Source of the DNA: Eledone cirrhosa
Lineage: Eukaryota
DNA: 64,000 nt
Assembly (NCBI GenBank): GCA_964016885.1
Contig: OZ024742.1
Span: forward strand, 69,502,001 to 69,566,000
Direction: 5' to 3'
Part shown: one piece after another, positions 55,285 through 64,000 of the stretch
Layout: the number at the start of each line of letters is the position of its first letter
Numbering within the stretch: the stretch's first letter is position 1
Translations under genes and position numbers: made by a program
Notes under the pieces: model-generated
What the model was told of the DNA's origin: nothing
What the model saw: the letters and a program-made list of their open reading frames with translations, nothing else
The model's database searches: none

Positions 55285-55610
55285 GACGTCACAGTTAGTG
55301 ACTCTTTTGCTTCTTCTCACATTCTGGATGCAGCGGTAAGGGCGAGAGCTACAGCATCCGCAGCTGAACAGAACAAAATCCTAAAATACCCTCTTCTGTC
55401 AGCTAACTACATTATCCAGCCTGTGGCGTTCGAGACGTTTGGGGGAGTCGGGCTACTGACAGCGAGGTTATTATCTTCACTGGCGGCTCGCCAAACAGAG
55501 ATAACTGGTGGTGCTCGTGAGGGCACTTGGTAGTTCCACCACCTCAGCCTCGCCAGCATCCCAGGTAACGCTGCGAGCGTGTTGGCCTGCCTCAAAAATT
55601 ATTAGAGAGG
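55285..55610 (+). mobile_element. CRE-like 3' endonuclease fragment
   Basis: AAEQNKILKYP..YIIQPVAFETFGGVG..LSLASIPGNAASV. Confidence 0.7.
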
Positions 55611-55919
55611 ATTCCCAGTCCTCTTCGCTATATTGCTATCTTTTGATCTGGTAGCGGCTCGTTTTTCCATTCTTTCGTCTGCATTTTGTTCTATGGAGTC
55701 TAAGACGTGTGTATTACGTGGCTGTGTATTTTTCTCTTTCTTTTTTCCTTTCCTTTTCCTTTGTATATATTATATTTGTTAGTGTTTTCGTTCTGTATCC
55801 ATTATATTAAATGAGTTTTAAAAAAAGAGTTAATAAATAAATAGAGAGTTAATAAATAAATAAAACGTTATACTTGTTTTACCCTCCCATCTCCAATTAA
55901 ACCGAACGCTATCATGACT

Positions 55920-57300
55920 GTATGTGTGTGTTTGTGTAAATGTATATGTGTGAATGTATGTATGTTTGTGTAAATGTATATGTGTGAATGTATGTATGTT
56001 TGTGTAAATGTATATGTGTGAATGTATGTATATTTGTGTGAAAGTATGTGTGAATGTATGTATATTTGTGTGAAAGTATGTGTGAATGTATGTATGTTTG
56101 TGTGAAAGTATGTGTGAATGTATGTATGTTTGTGTGAAAGTATGTGTGAATGTATGTATATTTGTGTGAAAGTATGTGTGAATGTATGTATGTTTGTGTG
56201 AAAGTATGTGTGAATGTATGTATGTTTGTGTGAAAGTATGTGTGAATGTATGTATGTTTGTGTGAAAGTATGTGTGAATGTATGTATGTTTGTGTGAAAG
56301 TATGTGTGAATGTATGTATATTTGTGTGAAAGTATGTGTGAATGTATGTATGTTTGTGTGAAAGTATGTGTGAATGTACGTATGTTTGTGTGAAAGTATG
56401 TGTGAATGTATGTATGTTTGTGTGAAAGTATGTGTGAATGTATGTATATTTGTGTGAAAGTATGTGTGAATGTATGTATGTTTGTGTGAAAGTATGTGTG
56501 AATGTATGTATGTTTGTGTGAAAGTATGTGTGAATGTATGTATGTTTGTGTGAAAGTATGTGTGAATGTATGTATATTTGTTTGAAAGTATGTGTGAATG
56601 TATGTATGTTTGTGTGAAAGTATGTGTGAATGTATGTATATTTGTGTGAAAGTATGTGTGAATGTATGTATGTTTGTGTGAAAGTATGTGTGAATGTATG
56701 TATATTTGTGTGAAAGTATGTGTGAATGTATGTATGTTTGTGTGAAAGTATGTGTGAATGTATGTATGTTTGTGTGAAAGTATGTGTGAATGTATGTATA
56801 TTTGTGTGAAAGTATGTGTGAATGTATGTATATTTGTGTGAAAGTATGTGTGAATGTATGTATGTTTGTGTGAAAGTATGTGTGAATGTATGTATATTTG
56901 TGTGAAAGTATGTGTGAATGTATGTATGTTTGTGTGAAAGTATGTGTGAATGGATGTATATTTGTGTGAAAGTATGTGTGAATGTATGTATGTTTGTGTG
57001 AAAGTATGTGTGAATGTATGTATATTTGTGTGAAAGTATGTGTGAATGTATGTATGTTTGTGTGAAAGTATGTGTGAATGTATGTATATTTGTGTGAAAG
57101 TATGTGTGAATGTATGTATGTTTGTGTGAAAGTATGTGTGAATGTATGTATATTTGTGTAAAAGTATGTGTGAATGTATGTATGTTTGTGTGAAAGTATG
57201 TGGGAATGTATGTATATTTGTGTGAAAGTATGTGTGAATGTATGTATGTTTGTGTGAAACTATGTGGGAATGTATGTATATTTGTGTGAAAGTATGTGTA
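55920..57300. repeat. 32-bp minisatellite, ~40 copies
   Basis: (tgtgtgaatgtatgtat[g/a]tttgtgtgaaagta)n. Confidence 0.95.
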
Positions 57301-58810
57301 TTAGTGTGAATTATGTCCGTGAGAGGGTATTTTATAAGTTTGTGCTTGCGCGATTATAGTTATATACTCATATCATATAGATGTATGTATGTGCACAATC
57401 ATACACGTCGGCGTGTAGAAAGTCATAATCTATCTATCGCTCTCATCACACACTCTCACTTTCTATATATATGTTAGTTGAAGTGGTGGTGGTGGCGACG
57501 ATATACCGGAAGTGCAACTTTGAAAAGAAGTCAATTTGAAATTATTTATTTTTACGAAATTATTTATGTTTACGAAATTGAAACACAAGAAGATGTGAAC
57601 TCCCCTCAAGCTATAGGGACTTCTACAGAACATGAAAACACCTCTCGGCCAGACCTCCCTCAAGCTATATGGGCAATAACAACACCCTAGGTTGTGAACT
57701 CCCCTCAAGCCACAGGGAACAACCCAGGCGGAGCAGACACCATGATAGCCTAGAGATAGAATCGGACACAGCCATAATAATTTGGCCAACATCTATAACA
57801 CAAACACTTTTAATTTACCAGATTTCTGACTTTCAAGTTCCAATCTTAAATCTTGATTTCTCTTTATTAATTTGTTATTTGTTTTCTGCCCTCTTCACTG
57901 TATCACCTTATATTTATTTTAAGTTGAGATAGATTATAACACAAACACATTGAATATCTCATCTTAACATCTTGTATCATACCAATCTATCCAACATATT
58001 CTGACCTAGAGATTGGTTATAGCACACACACACACACTTTATCCTACATTATTTCTCACTTCTCCATATACATTATCATTACTTTTTCACCAATCTCTCA
58101 TTTACTCTTTATTCTTTATTCTCTATTTATTTATTTATTTTCAAATTACACAAATGGTATTAATTATTTTATTTTATTATATTATTTATTTATTTTCTGT
58201 TTTCTTCATTTATTGCCTTATATTTCTTCATATACATGAAAGAACCCCCACCCACCCCACCCACCACCACCACCACCACCACCACCACCACTACGATGGT
58301 GGCGGGAGGGATGAAGAAAAAACACAAACTGGATACTTCTAAATTGTTAGCAGCAGCAAGATATAAGCTGACCACTACAACAACAACAGTACCAAAATAA
58401 TGGTGGAGGTCAAATGTACTGAACAATAGCAGGCAAAAAACACTACAGGGAGCCTCACCCCAGAAAGAATTCTATAGACTTCTGACTGAGCAATGCTCTC
58501 AGAACTGAACAATGGGAAGTTTGACACTTTTTTTGTTATTTTGTTCCTTTAACACCTTGTCCATTCTACCATTTTATCAATTTTTAAGCTAACTCCAACA
58601 ATAACAACACTTAGAATGAGGAATGTTATAATAACTGACCAATGAGAGGAGAACGGGACCTGTGACACGAAAATTCGTTTGTTTGAATTCATATGACTCC
58701 AGTTCCCCCAGTGAATTAACAACCCAACAAGGAACTGGGCATATCAGAGTATTGACAATATCATACACCTAAATAACATATGTACTTGTCTATACCATAC
58801 TAATTCAAAC

Positions 58811-58861
58811 TGCCTGAAGAGGTCACAACCAAGGATGGCTGTCACTGAAATATATATAGCA
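58811..58861 (+). ncRNA. Hammerhead ribozyme, same family as 51237-51291 (within repeat 58730-58915)
   Basis: TGC-CTGAAGA-GGTCACAACC..GGCTGTCACT-GAAA-TATATA-TA-GCA. Confidence 0.65.
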
Positions 58862-59122
58862 ATAATAAACGAAGATAAATTTTAATCATTTGACTTTTAT
58901 TTAACTTTATTTTACACTACTCCGGAGTAACCAAACCAACCTGCGCACTTCGTCGAGTGCTCCAGCCTGCATACTTAGGTGTTGGTATACAACCAACATA
59001 AACTCAAAATCTATATATACATATATATATATATCCTAGCGTCCGAAAAATTAAGACCCTCTTCCTGCTATTTCAAGCGTTAACCTAATATATTCCTTCC
59101 ATATACTGTACCGATTCGGTTG

Positions 59123-59161
<39 letters not shown>

Positions 59162-59294
59162 TAACAGATTAAAGTTTAAGCAAAAATCGCTGCTTTCACC
59201 CTTAAGAAAAACTAAAAAAATCAATCTGTGAACGCAGAAGTAAATATTTCGAAAATCGTTACACACTATATATACATATACTATATACACACAC

Positions 59295-59498
<204 letters not shown>

Positions 59499-60625
59499 AC
59501 GTCATAATGTCGTAATTCAGACAGACATACTGACAGATATTATAAGGGCGCAACGTTATATCTATGTATCTATCTAAAAAGAAAAAGACTAAGAATTATA
59601 GAGAGAGATTTCTAAATCGCCTAATGCCGTCCCTAGGGCATTGAAAGTTTGAAATTTGAAATTTCTTTGTCAAACACTCACAGGACTATAAGTATTACAT
59701 GTGTAAAGTTTGAAAATAATCGGTTGGGTGGGTCTCGAGTTTTAGTGAGCTGACAGACAGATAGACAGACAGACATTTTATGTTTTAGATATATAAATGA
59801 GTGTGTACATGTGAGAGTGTATATATAAAAATACACACAGTGATGGGTACTCTGGTGCATTATGGTCCACCTGTTATCTTACCACACCCTCTTTGTTATA
59901 TATATATATATATATATTTATGTATACAGAAACATTCAGACAGATGCTCGGACAGATAAGTCGTTTATATATTATGATATCATATATAAGCTAGTGTTTA
60001 ATTAATATATATGATATAGTTTTGAGACGATATTTATATTATATATGATGTGGTCATATTTATAATAATGATGAGGTGGTACTAATTTTGTGTTTAGCGG
60101 GATTATTTGCCCTGGTATTTGATTATTTTCTGTAGCCAAAAATACGACGAAAGCTTCTAATTCAATTTTCATATATATATATTCACAATTTTCACCTTAC
60201 ATCCTACCCATGCATTCCTGACTGGTTAATACCCTATTACACCTATATTTTGTGATATCTTTGCCATATTCTGCTATGTATACTTAATACCATTGCTTTC
60301 TTTCCATATTATTCTCTATATGCCTAATACCTCTACATTCTTATTGTCTATATGCCTATGTACCACTAATGTCCTCCTTTACGAGTAATTTTCTTTTATA
60401 ATTCTTTTATAATCTTTATTATACCCATTGCTACTGACCACAACATCTTCACTCTCCTTAAATATGACACTGTTGATAGCAACAATAATATCAACATGAT
60501 TGTTCTGTAGACTAGGAGGTTAATTATATGTTTAAACTTTGCCAATCTCCGATGATCTCAACGGCTGTTTGGAAGAAACGATTGACAGCAATAAAATGTA
60601 TTGAACATAGTTTTCATTGTTTTGA

Positions 60626-60670
<45 letters not shown>

Positions 60671-60719
60671 ATGTGTGTGTGTATTTCTCTGTGTGTGTTA
60701 TAATGTTAGTAATATAATA

Positions 60720-60852
60720 TTGGCACAAGGCCTACAATTTGTGTGGAGGGAAAAGTTGATTAAATCGACACCAGTGCATTACTGGTACTTTATTTTATCG
60801 ACCCCGTATGGATGAAAGGCAAAACTAGCCTCACCAGGATTTGAACTCAGAC
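60720..60852 (-). mobile_element. tRNA-SINE fragment
   Basis: Same core as the other SINE copies. Confidence 0.78.
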
Positions 60853-61154
60853 CATAACGTGTTAGTAATATAATATTGAGATTATATTTGAAAGATTTGA
60901 TTTGTTGTATATTATATGTCGTGTTGTGATGATGTATGCGAAATTACATATACTCGGAAAAACATCAATATCACAACACGCCCTATTATTGATTTGACTT
61001 TCAGAGATGATTAGTTTAGTTATCGAAAGAAAACTTGATTCGATTTCGAATTTATCTTGCAGCATTGGGACGCATTTTACTTTGTTTCATTATATCTAAA
61101 TACCAGTGGAAAGGCATACACGTCAGATATTATTGTTTTCTTCATTGGCAAGGG

Positions 61155-61345
61155 TGGTGGATTGTCAGTATCGGTAGAGGGTCGGACGCCACGCTTTGAA
61201 ACATAGAGTTATGGCCCTTTATGATCTGAGTTCAGATCCACTCGAGGTTAACTTTGCCTATCATCCTTACTGGTTCGATAAAATAAAGTACCAATAATGC
61301 ACTGGATAATTGCTGATCTTATGCCAAAAAGTAGAAACAATTATT
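61155..61345 (+). mobile_element. Full-length tRNA-SINE
   Basis: gtggattgtcagtatcggtagag (A box), gagttcagatcc (B box), conserved core, aacaattatt tail. Confidence 0.85.
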
Positions 61346-61657
61346 GTTTTCTTCATTCTGTAAATGTGTTGCTAAGCATGAATGATGAATTCTTACATTG
61401 TTTAACAATGAAACATATTCGCTTCAAATTCTTAAATCGATCCACTATAATCATTGAGCCGTCGCAAACTATCCTAATTATCACAAGAACACTAAAGATG
61501 CACTAATTATTCTTCCCTCCCCTACTTAAATATAATCAACTTTTTATTTCATCATTTTACGATATAAAAACAATATCTCTGTTAAAAGAGATTATCAACT
61601 GGGCAAATCGCTGGCTAATTATTCATCAAACTGAAGAGATATTATATCCTATTGTAT

Positions 61658-61894
61658 AAAAGTATAAAAGCAAGTTCTACGACCTAAGTCTCTAGCTATT
61701 GTTAGGCTAGATAAATAAAGAAAGAAATAAAGAAAGAAATAAAGAAATAACGAAATAAGTAAATAAACCTAGTTTATTTACTTATTTCGTTATTTCTTTA
61801 TTTCTTACTTTATTTCTTTCTTTATTTCTTTCTTAATTTATCTAGCCTAACAATAGCTAGAGACTTAGGTCGTAGAAGTTGCTTTTATACTTTT
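61658..61894. repeat. ~237-bp palindrome with internal (GAAATAAA)n, 3-nt spacer
   Basis: aaaagtataaaagcaa..gacctaagtctctagctattgttaggctagataaat / its reverse complement; centre ~61770. Confidence 0.9.
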
Positions 61895-62283
61895 TTTCTT
61901 TACACTTATTCGCTTTTCATCACTCTCAGTATTTTTTCTTTCATATATATATTTTTACCCCTCATTGTTCTACCTACCGTTCCGACTTCCTCCCCCTCCC
62001 CCTCCCCAGTACTTTCTTTGACCTCATGCCCAGCTGTAGCTGGCACTACCAACGCATGATTGGGTCTACCCCCCCCCCCTTTTCTCCTACTGGCAGGTTT
62101 AGCCACCATCTCCCCTACTAATTTGCAATCACAGAATTACTACTGACTCTTGACAATCACTTTGACCATATATGGAATTACCCCTTGAGAAGCTCGGCTA
62201 TTTAAATACCAGGATAAATTTTCATTTAGTCCAGAATTAGCCGTCGAAACGGCTTGAGCTCAGCCGTCGGGGTCTTACTGGTT

Positions 62284-62349
<66 letters not shown>

Positions 62350-62472
62350 TGTATACATAGTATATTTGGCAATATACTGTATGCTTAATTAAAAGCATTT
62401 TGAAGACCTTGCGCTATTATTTTAAAGTAGTGAATATGTCACTTACTTCTTTTTTCAACAAACAAAGGGAGA

Positions 62473-62518
62473 TAAGCTGACAGATCTGTTTCATACTGTT
62501 GGTAATCATCAGAGCTTA
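62473..62518 (-). ncRNA. Type I hammerhead ribozyme, canonical GUC site
   Basis: TAAGCT-CTGATGA-TTACCAACAGTAT-GAAA-CAGATCTG-TC-AGCTTA: 6-bp stem I, palindromic stem III ACAGATCTGT. Confidence 0.85.
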
Positions 62519-62739
62519 GCACTCGCCTTATCTGTTGAAAATTATAAATGTTGGATTCTTATAAAATTCCAGTAATAATCAGGAACTGATTATACAGAGC
62601 GATTGCCGGTCCAGCAAAAATTGAAGATTAGAATTGGTGCTCTGAAATAGCGATGTATACATGAATGTATATATAGTATATTTTTATACATGAATGTATA
62701 TATGCTGGACCGGCAATCGCTCTGTATAATCATTTATGT

Positions 62740-63500
62740 TTTAAAGCCTTGGATAAATGTTTCCCTAGAACACATAAATATTACTCTATCTTCAATAAAC
62801 ACACAGTTAAACTCTCTTACTCAACAACTATGAATATGGCTCAAAATATTGCAAAAATAAATAGCAGAATTCTTAGTTCTAACCAACATATAATTAGCGA
62901 TAATGACAATAATAATAATAATGATAATAATAATAATACTATAGTTATTGAGAATAATAATAACAATAATTTAAGCACATATAGTAGAACACCTACAAAT
63001 ATTAACAATGATAATGCAAACAGTTTAGATTATAGACAGCATGAAATTGAACTGTAACTGTAGAAGGAAATCTGAATGCCCTTTGCAAAATAACTGCCTA
63101 TATAAGAATTTAGTATATAAATGTACCATTAAAGCAAATAATAATATTACTTACAACTACATAGGTGCAACTTCATCGAACTTTAAACTGAGATTTTCCA
63201 ATCATAAACATTCTTTTTTTAATCCGGAAAAAAATGTTCTTCTTCATTATCACAATTAATATGGTCTTTAAAATATAAAAATATTAAATACTCAATCTCT
63301 TGGACTAAACTTCGAAACTGTGAACCATATCGGAATAATTCCATCTCACCTAACTGCAATCTTTGCAATCTAGAGACTCTATTAATAATTGCTAATTATG
63401 GTAATTTAATTAATAAAAAAAGTGAATTATTCTCAAATTGCCTCCATAAATCTACAAAAACATTTCATGCATCATATAAATTTAGGAAAAAACATTGACC
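62740..63500 (+). mobile_element. Penelope-like element 3' part (linker + GIY-YIG)
   Basis: DKCFPRTHKYYSIFNKHTVKLSYS, CNCRRKSECPLQNNCL..VYKC..YIGATSSNFKLRFSNHKHSF, CNLCNLE. Confidence 0.88.
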
Positions 63501-64000
63501 GAGTGAGAAAAGATATTGACTCTTAATAATTCTTGTAATGCTACTATCATTGTTATTATTGTTATTATTGATATTATGTATAATGTTTTACCTCACCTTA
63601 GGAAATGCTTATCGGTTCTTTTATAGAGTAGGTTAATCTCCTGATTAAATACCTTTAGTTTGATTTTGAATCCTCTTTTTAAGTCTTGAATTTTCTAATT
63701 TGAGATCTGTAATATTTTCAGGCTTTCAAACCGTTTAGTCAATTTAAACGTTTAGATACGTCGTACGGAACTATTGTTTACATTTATCGTGTATAATTTT
63801 CGTTTTATCCAAATTGATTATTAATCTTTATTTAACTTGATCTATAGTATTGAATAGAGTAAGATTTGGTTGAATCGAAATAATAATACTCTCAAGAGTA
63901 ATTATAGCTAATAATTAATCCTATATGTAATTGACAAGTATTGATTTAAATAGTATTGTTTATAATATTTATATTCCTAAACATTATATAAAATGAATAT

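Noticed and set aside
61155-61245. tRNA gene
   Set aside because: A/B boxes belong to a multi-copy SINE head; no cloverleaf

Overview
Repeat-dense animal genomic DNA, not prokaryotic. The SINE families, LINE/Penelope content and very long (TA)n/(CA)n/(CATA)n microsatellites point to a mollusc, most likely an octopod cephalopod (inference). Most of the window is decayed retroelements: Tx1/L1-like, R4/Dong-like, CRE-like, RTE-like, Penelope-like and tRNA-SINEs. There is one 200-N gap. The only host coding sequence is a tandem cluster of three ~300-codon minus-strand exons encoding gustatory-receptor-like (GRL, insect GR/OR 7TM ion-channel superfamily) proteins through TM6. Each exon has a conserved phase-0 GTATGT donor and a putative conserved acceptor upstream of the ATG. 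No intact TM7 terminal exon is visible, only a crippled remnant. This suggests either alternative variable exons spliced to a shared distal constant exon, or recent pseudogenisation. The cluster shows a mappable ~6.6-kb unequal-crossover duplication and a fourth unit whose receptor exon was deleted. The window also holds many Penelope-type hammerhead ribozyme motifs and long palindromes whose breakpoints repeatedly fall inside ribozyme cores. Coordinates of decayed elements were read by hand and are approximate.
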